Positions 1-14,770 of a stretch of 64,000 nucleotides of DNA are shown here, in pieces. The notes below the pieces were generated by a model. The model had not been told where the DNA came from. It did no database searches and saw only the letters and a list, made by a program, of their open reading frames with translations. Each line of letters starts with the position of its first letter. Positions within the stretch are counted from its first letter, which is position 1. The DNA comes from Octopus bimaculoides (taxonomy: Eukaryota), in NCBI RefSeq assembly GCF_001194135.2, contig NC_068988.1:27851782-27915781 (forward strand). The letters run 5' to 3'. Position numbers and translations under genes: made by a program.

Positions 1-965
1 GACATTCTAGTACAACAACTGTGACCTCTCAATGTGAAGAAGTAGCACCTTGACCTTGAGACTCCCTGATCTCTGAGCTACACATTACTTCAGAGACCCT
101 TCACATGCATCTCATTTTGGTTGCTTGTATTTGCAATTCTACTTTTTCGGTCATTACCCAACATCCATGACCATATGGAAGATAGGTTGGAGAACTGAAC
201 TGAAGATAGCAAGTTTGGTTTTTTTTAAACCTTCTTCTGAAGGTCAAATGCTGAAGCAAGTACATTACTCAGTATCCAAAGTAGAATATCTGTGAAGATC
301 ATAATTTGTAGTATTATCAAATACACCTATTTTCAACTGTTTTCTTTTTTTCATCTATAGACCCATTTGATTACTATTTTATTCTGGTGGACGCCCATAG
401 CCATTCCATGTTTAAAAACTAGTTTTATAGATACTTCTTTCAAAATTCCTATTTTGCTTTGCACACATTAACTTGTGTAGGTTGAACTACGTAAAATGTT
501 TGAGGAAAAAAAAAATGTTTCTTGCAATAAATACATCTAAGACAAAATTTTTTTCTGAATCCTTAATATATTACTGTGGGTCCCTAATTTACTATTTTGC
601 TTCCATGGACCCCACCCCTGAAAAAAAAAATCTTATATGCATCCCCAGGAGTCATATAGTCCCTGGTTGAAAACCGTTGATTTAGTACAGAAAGGAAGGG
701 AACATACAAGAAAAAAATTAATTAGGAAATTTAATTAACTCTTGCGAGCAGCATTTCCACTTAACCTAAGGAGAAATGGAGACTAGACTGCAGCCATGCT
801 GGAGCATCACCTCCAAAGATTCACACACAAGGCATTAGTGGCTAACAGTTCTGGCAGCTCGCTGTCCATGTTTATTGTATCAACAAAGTCTTTGTGGAAG
901 GTGTAAATATTGCATGCTGTTATTTTTTCATTGTCTTTTGATTTGTGATGATGAGGTGGGTTTAA

Positions 966-1210
966 TCATCATCATCATTATCGTTTAACGTCTGCTTTCC
1001 ATGCTAGCATGGGTTGGACGATTTGACTGAGGACTGGCAAGCCAGAAGGCTGCACCAGGCTCCAATCTGATCTGGCAGAGTTTCTACTGTTGGATGCCCT
1101 TCCTAACGCCAACCACTCCGAGAGTGTAGTGGGTGCTTTTACATGCCACCGGCACGAGGGCCAGTCACACAGTACTGACAACAGCCAAGCTCAGTACTGG
1201 CAACGGCCAG
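966..1210 (-). mobile_element. RTE 3'-UTR fragment
   Basis: (CAT)n + cgtttaacgtctgctttccatgctagcatgggttggacg...ggatgcccttcctaacgcc; same family as 51555-52030. Confidence 0.8.
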
Positions 1211-1895
1211 AAATATAACAACTGGTTTCTGAACTCAAGAAAGCAACATCAAGCCCATGACATGGTGGCCCTGTTGAATCCAGCTTAACCCCTCCCCTTT
1301 ATAATAATGAGAAACGAGAGTAGCATCAAAACCACAGGGATTTTCTTTATCTCCTTTATTTGTCTTGTATGTTTTAATAATTAGATTAACAAAGTCTTAT
1401 GTTAAGTCTTATGTGTGTGTTTTTAAATGGAATTCATCTTTCTTATTTGATATAATCAACTGATACGGGGATTAATTACTCTATCCCATATTAAAGGCGC
1501 TTAATTTTAATATCCTCGACACTAATTAAGTGTTTGGACTTTTAAAATAAATCAATTTTTACAAGGTTTGGCAAGATTTATACATATTTTAGATCTATAT
1601 TAGATTATTAGATATTTATTTCTTGAGATTTAGTAATAATTTATTTAATGAAGTGAATAAAATTTTTAATGTCTGATTGGTGTGTAGTTCACCTCATGAA
1701 ATGTCTACTGTGGATATTTATGTGGTAGGATTAGCTCTTAATCCTTTTCGCTGTTGTTAACACTGCATATAATATACATGGTCAGATGCTGTTGTTATAT
1801 AGAATTGCTTATGTACTTTTTCACTTAGAATAAGGCTTGGTTTTTATATGTAATGTACACGATAGTTGACAGATGCTGTAATTGTAACTTTTCAC

Positions 1896-2054
1896 CTGCT
1901 GGTGTTCTTGAAATGTTGCTGCCACGTACTCCTTGTATATGCAATCAGTTTGTTCTCCTTAACATTTCGCCACCTGTCTGCTTTATATCCCACTGAAAAT
2001 ATACTTGTTGACTTGGCCTTGCGATTTATTTGCTAAAATTCATTCTGCTAGCAA
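1896..2054 (-). other. Candidate 159-nt non-coding exon of a minus-strand transcript
   Basis: Minus-strand polypyrimidine tract (tctctc...ttcctttttcttcattgatttgtcag) and donor CAGCAG|GTGAAA; stops in all three frames, so UTR/lncRNA if real. Confidence 0.3.
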
Positions 2055-3063
2055 CTGACAAATCAATGAAGAAAAAGGAAGAGAACTAATGTGAGAGAGA
2101 GAGAGAGAAAGACACAGGCAAAAGGAATATATCTATGAAGTTAAATGACAACTGACCAGTCAAGACAAAGCTGACGTTTCTAAATAGCTTTGTATGGATT
2201 TTATTGTTTCTAATAGATGTTTATTATTCATGTTTATATAATTTAAAAAAAAATTATTTAACAAACAGAATTTCCAGCTCCTCTTAATTTAGTTATTGAC
2301 TTTATTCATCCTTAAGACAAGACACTCTCCACGAAAGAAGAGTTGGTGGTTAATTGTAAATATAACAGAAACTCAATATTTGTTAGTATTTGCTCAGACT
2401 TTATGCCACATAGCCCATCAGAATGAAGAAGGGAAAAGACTCTAGTCTCAAGACTTGTTTACTCAATCAAGTTTCATGGCTGCTACTTAGTTGTGTGAAT
2501 TATCATGTGGAATGCCTTAAGTTGTGAACATAACCATAAGTCCAAAATGTGTATCGATTGTTTTAGAAAAACCAACAAAAACTGGTAAGATTTTATAGAA
2601 ATCTGTTTGTTGAAATTTTATATTCATTTATTAATTCTGTTGTTATATCTGAAATGTCTTTTCATGTTTTATTTTTCCTATCAAAACAATCCAAATAGTG
2701 TTGCCTAGTTGCTTTTCTTTTGGACAAATAAAGCATTTGGCCAAGGGATACCACAGTTTAGGAAATTAATTGAAAGCAGAACAATATATTTCTGGCATAA
2801 AACAACAATTTATTGGTAATATATATATATATATATATATATATACAAATCCCCAATAAATCTTTTATGTGTTAGCTCAGACAGCATAATAAGTTATAAT
2901 TCTCCCTTTTCTGATGTTTGAAATCCATAAAATATATTTATATGTTAAAAGATAATTATTTTTCTTGTGATCTCTGGAATAATCAATATACAAATCATTT
3001 ATCATAATTAATTATTCTTCTTTTCTAAAACTTCTTTTTTGTCTTCTTGATAACATTCTTTTT

Positions 3064-3098
<35 letters not shown>

Positions 3099-3853
3099 AT
3101 GTTTAACTGTCCGTTTGTTTCAGAAAATTCACAATAACCTCAAATATTAGAAAANNNNNNNNNNGGGGGGGGGGGGATTTTCTGACATATCAACATATAG
3201 ATGATACTCTGGGAACTAGCCAGAAAATGATGATGAAAACCGGTTACTTAAATTATGTATTTATTACATATAAATGTATATATCATATTTCTGCTCCACT
3301 ATATACACCACCTGTAACTTTGGTGTTCAGCCACTGCACCCTCTTATCACATCTTCACCATCTTTCTCTCCTCTATTCTCCATCTGAGGAAGCTTATGTC
3401 TCCTAATGTAAGACAACTTTCTTTCCCTCAGTACTGCTCTCCCCAGTTGAGGAATCTTGTGCTGCAAGTTACTTGCAGACTTTACTGCTGCTTATGCCAT
3501 GTAAAAAGTATCCAGTACACTTTGAAAAGCAGTTGGCATTAGGAAGGGCATCCAGCCACAGAAACCATGCCGAAACTGACAGGCAAGTCTTCTGACTTGT
3601 CTGTTCTTGTCAAATCATCCAAACCATGCTAGCTTGGGAAATGGATGTTAAATGATGTTTAGGTTGATATCAGCATCATTTAATTCTTTTACTTGTTTCA
3701 GTCATTTGACTGTGGCCATACTGGAGCACCACCTTAAAGGGTGTTTGTCGAAGAAATCTACCCTAGGACTTATTCTTTGTGCACCTGGTACTTATTCTAT
3801 TGATGCCCGTCCTTGGCAAGATTTCTACAGCTGGATGCCCTTCCTAATGCCAA

Positions 3854-3889
<36 letters not shown>

Positions 3890-5209
3890 TAAATTGGATT
3901 ACATTTATCCACACTCTGCTACTTTGTAAAAAAATGGTTTATTGAGCAAAAGTGTGGCTTGGATATATAATCCTGTTTATCTCAAATGTATAAAACATCA
4001 GACTGTGTGCATTTCTAATATAAATGTGTATTGACCACTTTTAGGTTTTTGTGGCACAAAATAAGCAAAAGCAATATATATATGTAGCTATTATTGTTTA
4101 CCCCTAGGTCTGTCCTTGTGAAGCAAACCTATGATCAAAGCATTCTTATTATGACCTTCTCCTCTGAACGATGGTTATCCTGGATTATGTTATCCAGTGT
4201 GCTCTTTTCGAGGCAGGTAGGATATGATTTGATGGAAATTTGTCTGCTATTTCTAGCAGACTGAGCCACCGCATACAGACCTCTTCATTGCCTACACACA
4301 AACATATCTTCACACACATACACAGGACACATTTATCCAATTATCTAAATGTAGTTGTTGTATGTTTAAGAAACATAATGTCATCAAGATGTAGTTTCCT
4401 AACAGCAACAGATGTTTAAGAAATGCTGCTATTTCTTACTATATTGATTTAATTTTAACTTTATTTTTGACAAGATATTTTAACTTAAACTATATTTTAA
4501 TAGAAACCCTCGCATCTATTGTTTATTGTTTGTTAGTTTGTGAAATCATTACCAGTATTTCAGTATAGCAGTGTGTTTTATAGTGGTGTTGTAATGATAA
4601 GGTTTCATTTAATGAAACCAACAAATATTTTTTTGTTGTGTGAAACCAAACTGTTATTTTATTCTCACATTAAAAAAGCAAATGTCTTCTACTATAACCC
4701 TGGGCTGATCAAAGCCTTGTGAGTGGATTTATTCAAGGTGGTGCCCCAGCATGGCCACAGTCAAATGACTGAAACATGTAAAAGATGAAAGTTAAAGAAT
4801 AAACAGTGTAGTGGATTTGACAGATGATATCAGTGATAAATGCTGGTGGCTGTATGTGATATATATTCAGAAACAGCAGTTTGTTGTTATATTATTATGT
4901 ATGTTTAAATTATCGATTTTAGTTTGTTTTACATGGATGTCTAACAAGTAAGAAACTCTTTTTTTGTCTCTCATCATCATTGGTTTAACATCCACTCTTC
5001 TTCCATGTTTGTATGGATCTGATGGAGTTGGTTGAAGCAGATTTTCTCTGGCTGGATGCATTTCCTGTTGCCAACCCTCACTTGTTTCCAAGTAAGGTAA
5101 TATTTCCACATGATCAGACATGTTTTGTAGAATATTGGAAATGAAAGACCCTGCTTGTATGACAGTGACACTCATTTACACCTATAACAGGAGACACAAA
5201 CACATACAT

Positions 5210-5242
<33 letters not shown>

Positions 5243-8200
5243 CACAGAACGTTCAAAAACTAGATACCAATATCTAGGCATTGTCTAAGCCTAATTATGT
5301 TACCTATGAAGAAAACTATACAATACCAAAATAAGCAATTCCCACAGACTATGAATCTTTAAACCCTTTCCACTTTACAAGAATGAAGACAACCCGAAAT
5401 AATGAGACTTAAGATATAAGAAATTCACAATTGACTATAACATATGATGCATCCCATCATCAGCTGTTCAAACAGATCCCTGTGGTTTTTGACACTTGGG
5501 ATTTCTTTCTGTTTCCCTCTAGTAAATCCATTCATAGTGAGACTGAACTTCAAATCATGTGGTTGTAAAGCAAACTTCTTAATTACACAGCCATGCCTAT
5601 GCCTGTATCTGTCTAATATTTGTCTTAGTTTAGATGGTTCACTGTTTTTCAAGAACCACATATACCAACCAGGAATCCAATGGAATGGTTTATTTGTTTT
5701 CCTCTAAATAAACATTACTTTTGGCACAGTCATACAGAGAAGCTGTTACTATTATTATAATTATTGTTGTTCTTGTTATTATAATAAAAATATATATGCC
5801 TATATTTAACATTCAAATGTGGGATGACCACCACTGTGGAGACTGTCTGGGAAGAGAAATTCTCTTCATAGATAATGTCTCTGAAAACATACCAAGCTGG
5901 ATTATGAATGATGCTTTTAATTAATTAATTCCAGTTTGACAAATCTTTGCACAGGAAACAGAAAATTTATCATTTGCTGTTCCATATAAGACAGGCAGTC
6001 CTAAGTGGGCAATGAACAATGAATTTCTTTTTTTTTTTTTTTTTTTTTTTTTTAGCTGATGAAACATACAAATGCAGAATGCTTGTTCTACAGGCTGACA
6101 ATATCATTGTGTCTTTATTAGAAACCATGATTATTATTATTCTATGTTCAAATTCTGCTAAAACTGGTTTTTGCCTTTTCTCCTGTTGGGGTTGATAAAT
6201 GAGTAAGAGTCAAGCGCTCCGGTTGGTGTGATTGATTAATCCTCTTCCCCAAAACTTCAGGCCTTGTGCCTATAGTAGTAAGATTATCATCATCATCCTG
6301 TCAAAGTCAACTTTGCCATTCATCTTTTCAGAGTCGATAGAATAAAGAAAGAATTATCATTAATAATTGTAACAAAAATTGCATGAATGAAAAAGCAACA
6401 TTTTTTTTTTCATTTTTCATGTTATAAACCAATGATCAGTTTGTTGAGTTTGAAAGGTTTACCTACATTTTGATTAATATCAATAGTTTTGTCTCAGCAA
6501 GAGGATATCAGTTTAGATTTTATGGCAATTCCATTTCCAATGGAAGCTTTTAATTTATTACTCATCCTCTCCACTAAATCTGTTGAAACTGGCTATAAAT
6601 GTCCTAATGACTACAGAACATAGATAAGAAAAAAATTTGTATTCATTGCTGCATTCTAAGAGCCAGTTGCTCTGGTACGGCCTTTGCTTAATCTAGAACT
6701 TCAGTTTGACCAAGCTAATTAACTGAGAGAAAGTATGACATGCAATTAAGATCATATCCACTTGCTATTCAAGTCTATTTTTGTTAAGTGTCAAAACATC
6801 AGCAAATGTCTTGCACATCTGCTGACAGGAGACAACTTCCAAGATCCCATCAGTGTGGGTTGAGCAGTGACAGCCAATAGAAATTTAAACAAAGGTCAAA
6901 CTAAGTTGGACTGGAACATAACATAATTAGTTTAAAATACATCACAACACAGTGGACTGACAATAGCATCATTTCTACATGACAAATTAGACATTTAGCT
7001 AGCGTACATCAAAGTGACAAATAACATGGAATTACCAAGTATTACAAAGCTTTCATTAAAAGACCAATAACGAGACTCTACATAGGTACTTGAGTGGCTA
7101 GAAATAGGAGGTAGATTCCCTTAAATCATACTGTCTTAAAAAGAAAAAAGATCCATTAGATAATCTTGTTCTATAAACCTCTGAGAAGAGCAAAGAAGTC
7201 GGAATGACTTTCATTACAGGTTGATTTGGTAACAGTTGACCTAGTGTTAAACAATAACAACTAATTGTTTAACTCAGCGATTTATCAGTTTCTTCACAGA
7301 ATATGAAGGTGCCAAATATAGTCAATCACTTATCTGAGCTACAATGACAATTTTGCAAAAGTCTGATCTAAATTGCTGGCTGCAAACATCTAAAAATAAT
7401 GCAGTGACTAAAATAGGTATAGAGCATCAAATTGGATTATCATTTCAAAGAACTATGAATATATGCCATGACAGGAACTTGAATGATCTGTGTATTAACA
7501 AAAGTGTTTTTCCTTTTGATATCTGCAGATAGAGAAACAATTTGTTATACAGATAAATAGACCATTATTACTTGGTATACTGAAAAACCAGAAATAATTT
7601 AGAGTGATTATAATTGTTACTTAAGTAGGCTATATGTTTTTTGTTTTTCTTTTTTCTTAATGCGAACCAGTTAGGTGTGACAAACTATCCAGACATGACG
7701 ATATGGTTGACGTGCTTTCTGTGCATGTGTATGCATATTCATTGTTTTAAAGACTCTTTCCTGATTAGAATCAGTTGGATGGTTCTGCTATACAGTAATT
7801 TCTTATTTGTTTGAATTTTATCATCTCGTGTCAAAACAGATGACTGGAGCCTGGTGCAGCCTTCCAACCCATGTCAGCATGGAAAACGGATGTTAAATGA
7901 TGCTGATCTCGTATTTAAGATCTAACATTCTCAGATCTCATCTTACTGATTCTTTCCCAGTTTTATTTAACCAACCTCTTCTGGCAGTACCTTCTACCAA
8001 TTGACAGCACATTTTCACCATTGTACTTCATTTGAAGTACAATGTTTATATTAGCTCCTCTCCCCAATAAAAAGAGTACCCATACACATATCCTCACACA
8101 CATACACACAACGGGTTGCCGCACAGTTTCTATCTACCAAATTCACCACTCACAAGGCATTGGTCAGTTCGGGCCAAGAGTAAGAAACATTTGCCCTAAG

Positions 8201-9299
8201 TGCAGGGCAGTGGGACTGAACTCAAAACCACATGGTTGCAAAGCGAGCTTCTTAACCACATAATCATACCTGCACTTTAATCACTATTTTCATTACTCTC
8301 AGCAAGGTGGTGAGCTGGCGTTAGCACACTGGGCGAAACGCTTAGCGGCATTTTTTCGCCCCCCCCCCCCTTCGGCTACGGGGAATATGAATCGGCAAAA
8401 ATCGACATTTCTAAATTACCACCCCAATTTCTTTAATTTTTCATTTTTTTCGGAAATTTTTTTTTTTCTGTTTTTCTTCTTTTTTTTTCAAAATATGCGG
8501 AAAAATACGAAGATTATGATTCTGAAAAAAANNNNNNNNNNNNNNNNNNNNNNNNNNNNNNNNNNNNNNNNNNNNNNNNNNNNNNNNNNNNNNNNNNNNN
8601 NNNNNNNNNNNNNNNNNNNNNNNNNNNNNNNNNNNNNNNNNNNNNNNNNNNNNNNNNNNNNNNNNNNNNNNNNNNNNNNNNNNNNNNNNNNNNNNNNNNN
8701 NNNNNNNNNNNNNNNNNNNNNNNNNNNNNNNNNNNNNNNNNNNNNNNNNNNNNNNNNNNNNNNNNNNNNNNNNNNNNNNNNNNNNNNNNNNNNNNNNNNN
8801 NNNNNNNNNNNNNNNNNNNNNNNNNNNNNNNNNNNNNNNNNNNNNNNNNNNNNNNNNNNNNNNNNNNNNNNNNNNNNNNNNNNNNNNNNNNNNNNAAAAA
8901 AAAAAAAAAAAGGGGGAGAAAATAGGGGGTGGGAGACAAAAGTCTTACCACTGAACCTGTTGCCTTCTTAATATAGTAACTCTTGTTATATTTGAAAAAT
9001 AATATATAAACTCGTGTGACGTGAAGCCAGATGAGTCCTCATATTTCGGTTCAGACCCTTCAAAGAAGTGTGTTTCAAGGTTAACTCACCTTTGCTCACA
9101 GCACATAAATCTACCTTTCTTTAAAATACATTGTTAATATAATGTAATAACAAACAGGTTCATTTAATAGTATAAATGTTATTTTCTCTAATTAAATAAT
9201 TTCAACATAATTCATTTAAACGGTGCTTTAACTGGAAACATCTGCAGTTTCTCTTACAAAGAGCATTAAAAAAGAAATGATTTCTCTAAATATTCTTTC

Positions 9300-9780
9300 T
9301 CTTTTTATTTTCCTGGTGCGTGTGCTTAATCTCAATCTCGCTTTCTCTTCGCTGACTCACAGCCTGTGAACCTTTTTTGGTTTACACAAACGTTCGTTAC
9401 GATCTGGGAATCTAGGGGAAACAGAAGAGGCTCTGGTTTATGTCTTTTTCTTCCCCCACTGACTGCCGCACATAGACAAACAATTCGAGTGTGTGAGTAT
9501 AATATAAATTTAGCTTCCTCTCTAGCAAGGGAAAGCACTCCAATTTAGCCGCGCGCACCAGCTGTTTCAGAATCTCTTTTAATAACCCACTGTCGTCATG
9601 AGGCTGTAAAGCGATAATTTGGTGGTAGAGGTTGTAGGGGAGGCTTTATTTCACTCTCTCCATTCACTTACTCTCTTTCTATTTTCTCGACACTCCTACT
9701 TCGCCCACACCTCTTTTTCCCTTCATTCTCATCATCATAACCATCACGGTAAGTTTGGCGTGGTTTAGAAGTCATGTCAA
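9300..9780. promoter_or_regulatory. CpG-enriched, repeat-poor putative (possibly bidirectional) promoter region
   Basis: Local cluster of CpGs (e.g. GCCGCGCGCACC near 9548) in otherwise CpG-poor DNA. Consensus-like 5' splice donors point outward on both strands: + strand CACG|GTAAGT at 9749; minus strand GGCT|GTGAGT near 9360 and AAAG|GTGAGT near 9088. Confidence 0.5.
9550..9748 (+). other. Candidate non-coding first exon of + strand host gene (start approximate)
   Basis: Strong donor CACG|GTAAGT at 9749-9754 directly downstream of the CpG cluster; only a 3-codon uORF (ATG AGG CTG TAA) inside. Confidence 0.45.
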
Positions 9781-10402
9781 ACTTTATAAACTTATAAAAC
9801 TTTCAGTTCATTTTTAGAAACCGATTTCTTTTTTTTTTTTTTTTTTTAACACTTCGTTCAAAGTTTTTCATTCCTTACTGTTGTTACTTGTCAACGATGA
9901 TTTCCCCCCTGGAACAATAAGTTGAAACTACAGTTTTATCCTTATACGATTGAGCTGGATTACCATGGCATAGTGGGGCCAGCTAAACATCCTGATGTCT
10001 TTAAAAGAACTCAGTTTCACTGTTGCTGTTTGGAACCGACCCACCATTCCTTACAGGTTAGATATTTTTGTTTGATATATTTATATGTTTATTCTGATCA
10101 CACAATTATGTTGTNNNNNNNNNNGTTTTGTTTTGTTTTGTTTCATTCTCGAGAATCTTAGATTCCAGATACTGTATTATATTTATATTTTCATACAATT
10201 GGAATCTTTATTAACGTAAATGGAAAAGAAATCCCAAAAACTATATCGTAAAAAGTTCCTAAATTATACATCGCATCTCTCTCCCACTCCCTCTCTCATA
10301 CACATACACTTTCTGTGCGCCTCTCTGTCCCTCTGTCTTCCTATTTGCCTGCACCCCTCTCTTTTTCTTTTTACGCCTCTCTCTTCCATTCTCTTACTCG
10401 CG

Positions 10403-10435
<33 letters not shown>

Positions 10436-11251
10436 CATTCACAAATCATTCGTCAAGGTTAAAAATGCTACTTATTTTAGTTCGGATGTATTAAAGTTCT
10501 TTGTTAATATATATAATAGTTGTATAATTGCTAATAAAAGTTCTATCTGTACATGTTAAAGCCGGTATCACCGTAAAACAAAGTTAGTTTAAACAATGTA
10601 TCCTGGTGTGTGCAGCAAGTAAAACCAGATTCATATTAAGGCAGCAAGATCGTTTCTCACATACATTATCACTTTTAGAATAAAAGATCTTTGAAGCAGA
10701 TAATTGACACCGATTCACCAAGCTAGAAGTGGGAGGAAAAGCTTTGAAATAGAAAATAGAGGCCTCTATATAGACCTGTTTATTTTTATGGTGTCAAATG
10801 ATAACAGGAAAGTAAAGGAATATATTGGAGAATGTGTCCTAGGATACACTATCTGAACAGCAATGCTGGGATGGTCTCATCTGGAATGCCTGATCATATA
10901 TCACTTGGATTGAGATTGTCTTGGGGTTATTCAACAACGATCGAGAAAAAGTTTTTGATGTCTTCTCTGTCGGTTTTCTTAGGCTGAGAAGTTCTATGAT
11001 GTTAGTTACCAGGTTATTTTCCCTCCACCCCGGTTATTTTGTTTAATAACATCAAAGTCAAATAAACGCCACTCACCTAACAATTCCGTTGAATGTTTAA
11101 TATCACTTAAAGTTTTTCACGTCTTTAATCAAATTAGCGACAGAACTATAAATTTTTCTACTCTGTAAATATTTGGTTTTAACCTTTTTAATAGGGTTAA
11201 TCTACGCCAGCGACCACTATTCAAAAATCAATTAATTTCACGGCGTTCCTT

Positions 11252-11294
11252 CGATATAACTCGTATCAATAATAAATTGATACGAGTTATATCG
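11252..11294. repeat. Perfect 19-bp inverted repeat with 5-nt loop
   Basis: CGATATAACTCGTATCAAT-aataa-ATTGATACGAGTTATATCG. Confidence 0.95.
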
Positions 11295-14200
11295 TATTTA
11301 AATTTCCTTTAAATTTCTCAACTTTCTAATCAAAGTTGTTTTCTGTTTCAACTTATTTACTATCTAGAATTTCGAGGGCACCATACAGTTTCTCCTTGTC
11401 TTTGTGCTTATGTGGGTATGAGTCATCACTCACTCATCAAATTTTCTCCCAAACATCATATATGTAGTTGGTTACTAATACACTTCTGAATGACTCTCAA
11501 AAAAATTTTTTTTACTAATTAATTACCTCTTACTTAAAAAGGAAATTCGTACATGGATATTTAAGAAATTGATAAAGTTAAAAATAAATGGAATAGAATT
11601 GATATATATGTTTATGAATTTGTTTTGCAAGTTTCCAGATGTGAAACCGTGCGTTGAAATAATATTTTTATCTTATTTTTGTGAAAATCCAATATTTTGA
11701 GTTTAACCATTTTTTTCCCCAAAGTAAATTGTTGACACTCTTTAGTGTCGATAGTATTGCAAAGTGTATACACAAAATATTGATAACTGAGTTTCATTTA
11801 TCAGAATGGAGTCAGTAGTTGAAGAGAAAAAAAGGAAACGAAAGATTGTTGTTAAACACACACCAAAAATAAATACTCTGATTATATTGAAGTTGTTATT
11901 CAGTTTTCGAGAATGCCTACTTTTGATTATATTTTGGCTGTCTTATTGATAATTAATTGGAAAGTTACAGTTTAACTAGTATTTTTATGGGAACAACCTA
12001 CGAAATATATATTGGTATAACAATCATCATTATTTAATGTCTGTATTCCATGCTAGCATGAGTTGGGCATTAGGCCCAAGGACTGCATTGTGATTCAGTG
12101 TCTGTTTGGCATGGTTTCTACAGCATGATGCCCTTCCTAATGTGTGGATGCATTTTTTCAATGGATTGAAGATATTAACAATATAAGGTAACTGTAATGA
12201 CCTGTGATGTTAGAAGGAAATGTTAATGTCATTTGAATTGTGGTAGTCTCTTAATGGTAGTCATAAGTTGGTAGGTACACTGTCATTGGTTTTATAGCAT
12301 GTCGGGGCCAAATCATTTAACTTTACTCATCTTCGTGGTTTAGTAGCAGAGTATGGAAGAGCAGTAAGAACAGTCAATGGTTTTTATGCCAAACTAACTT
12401 GTTGGTGTATACAGTGCCAAAATCTTACATTCTTTGTTTATGCAATATCACATATCCTTCTTTCTTCAAACAAACCAAAAAAAAAACAGAGCTTTCAACA
12501 TACAATTTTACTGGAGTCTGTTGCTAAAATATATGCATGGATCTAATATACTTGTTATATATAATATTTAAAAGAAAGGGTGGATAATGTCAGTGTATTG
12601 TGAAGTAAAACTGAAAAAGGGTCCAGTTTGAAATGTACTTTATGGAACTATTTTACGCTCAATACAGATCACAAGATTCCTTAAATTACAACATTAAATG
12701 TTCTTCTTTACACTCTATGCACCTAAAACTTATATCAAAATGCATACATCAGCTTATAAGCCTCCAATGTATGTGAGCTGTAAAAATCTAAATTAAAGAC
12801 TAACCTCTCTTCATCTCCTGATCCATTGTCCATATTCTCTATTATAACTCACCTTCTTGTACCTCGTTTTGCTCTGACATCTTGTCACCATCATCTCTGC
12901 TTTCCAGCTACTCTCACTCACCTGCAAATAATATAGGGTAGCCATGTATCTTCTCCAAAGCAAGACACCTGTGCTCTTTCCTCAGTCATACTTTAGCCTC
13001 TCATCACCTTGCATAAAGCCATCTTCCTGCTCCCTCAAGTACACACCCTACTCAGTCGGGACTCTTCCATTTTCTATTCTTTTCTTTGGCAACCTCAGTA
13101 GTGCTGGTGTCAAGAAAAAGGCACCCAGTACACACTTTAAGGTGGTTGGCATTAGGAAGGGCATTCAAGCATGGAAAATATACCGAAGCTGACACTGGAG
13201 CTTGAGGTAGTCCCGCAGCTTGTTGGATCCTATCAAACTGTCCAATCCATACTAGCATGGTAAATGGACGTTAAATGACGATGTTTTGATTTTGAAAGAC
13301 TGCAATAGGTGTCAAGTTCTGAACTTTATCTTATCTTCTCTTTATGATGTTATGACAGTTTCAGATATTTGTTATAAATTAGCAACTGATGAATTTCCAA
13401 ACACGGTTGTTATTGCTTAGCATAAAGTCAACACTGGTCTGGTAACATTTGGTAAAGGGTATTCTAGTCCTGACCACCCCATCGTTTTAGAAATAGGCAA
13501 CACTATATTATCTGATGTGTCAAGACTGGAAGTGTAATTTGGTGGAGAGTTGGCTGCAATTTCCAGCAAGTCAAGTGATTCTCCAGAGGCTCTATTATTA
13601 CCTACTTTGTCCAACTTTGTTAATAACTGTCTATCTATATTTTCATCAAAGAAGTACTGCCATCTGGAATATGGCTGCACTAGATGCGGGCATGTCTGTG
13701 TGGTTATGAAACTCGTGTTGCATCCATGTGGTTTCAGGTTCAGTCCCACTGTGCAGCACCTTGGGCTGATGTCTTCCATTATATTCCCAGGTTGACCAAA
13801 ACACTGAGCAAATTTCATAAATGTAAACTGTGTGGAAGCCTTGTGTGTGTATGAGTGAGTCCTTTTTTTTTTGTATCGTACCCACTCCTCTTCTTGGCAA
13901 CCAATTTTGCTATGTTTATGTCCCTGTAACTCAGCAGTTCAGCAAAATAGACTGATAGAATAAGTACCAGACTCTAAAAAAAAAAAAAATAAGTATAGGG
14001 GTTAACTTGTTTGAATAAACACTCCGAAGTGGTGCCCCAGCATGGCCACAGTCCAAGGACTGTAACAAGCAAAAAGATGACAAATATATAAACTCATTTG
14101 TCAAGTTCTCCATTTGCAAAAGCTGCAAACAGCTGCATTCACTGAGACGTATGTCAAAGCTTCATGACCTATCAGCTGCACCAAGGTCATACGTTGTAGG

Positions 14201-14541
14201 GTGAATTGCATCAACGTGACCTAAAACATGGAAGCTTATTTTCTGGACTATTATTGATAAAGATATTTAATACATGATTCCCCCCAACTGGAGATCAATT
14301 TTTACCAAGATAAAACCTGATTCTTTGATGACAAGAATTTGAGTAACGAAACCAAACTAAAGACTTGTGCAAGAATTGTAACCAGGTGCAGGCATGGCTG
14401 TGTGGTTAAGAAGCTTGCTTTGCAACCATGTGCTTTCTGGTTCAATCCCACTGTGTGACACTTTAGGTAAGTGTCTTCTAGTATGGCCCTGAGACAACTA
14501 ATGCGTTGTGAGTAAATTTGGTAGACAGAAACTGTGCAGAA

Positions 14542-14770
14542 AGGCAGTGAGCTGGCAGAAACGTTAGCACGCCGGGTGAAATGCTTAGCGGTATTTTGTC
14601 TGCCGTTATGTTCTGAGTTCAAATTCCGCTGAGGTCAACTTTGCCTTTCATCCTTTCGGGGTCAATAAATTAAGTACCAGTTACACACTGGGTCGATGTA
14701 ATCGACTTAATCCCTTTGTCTGTCCTTGTTTGTCCCCTCTGTTTAGCCCCTTGTGGACAATAAAGAAATG
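14542..14770 (+). mobile_element. tRNA-derived SINE family A nested in a family B SINE, 15-bp TSD AGAAACTGTGCAGAA
   Basis: Head aggcagtgagctggcagaaacgttagc, B box GAGTTCAAATTCC, conserved middle gcctttcatcctttcggggtcaataaattaagtaccag; TSD at 14527-14541 and 14771-14785. Confidence 0.9.

Noticed and set aside
3383-3425. CTGAGGA...CTTAT/GTAAG hammerhead-like remnant
   Set aside because: GAAA core and stem I are missing; too decayed to call.
6030-6130. Long T-tract ending in AG (acceptor-like)
   Set aside because: No matching donor, and it lies upstream of the inferred + strand promoter.
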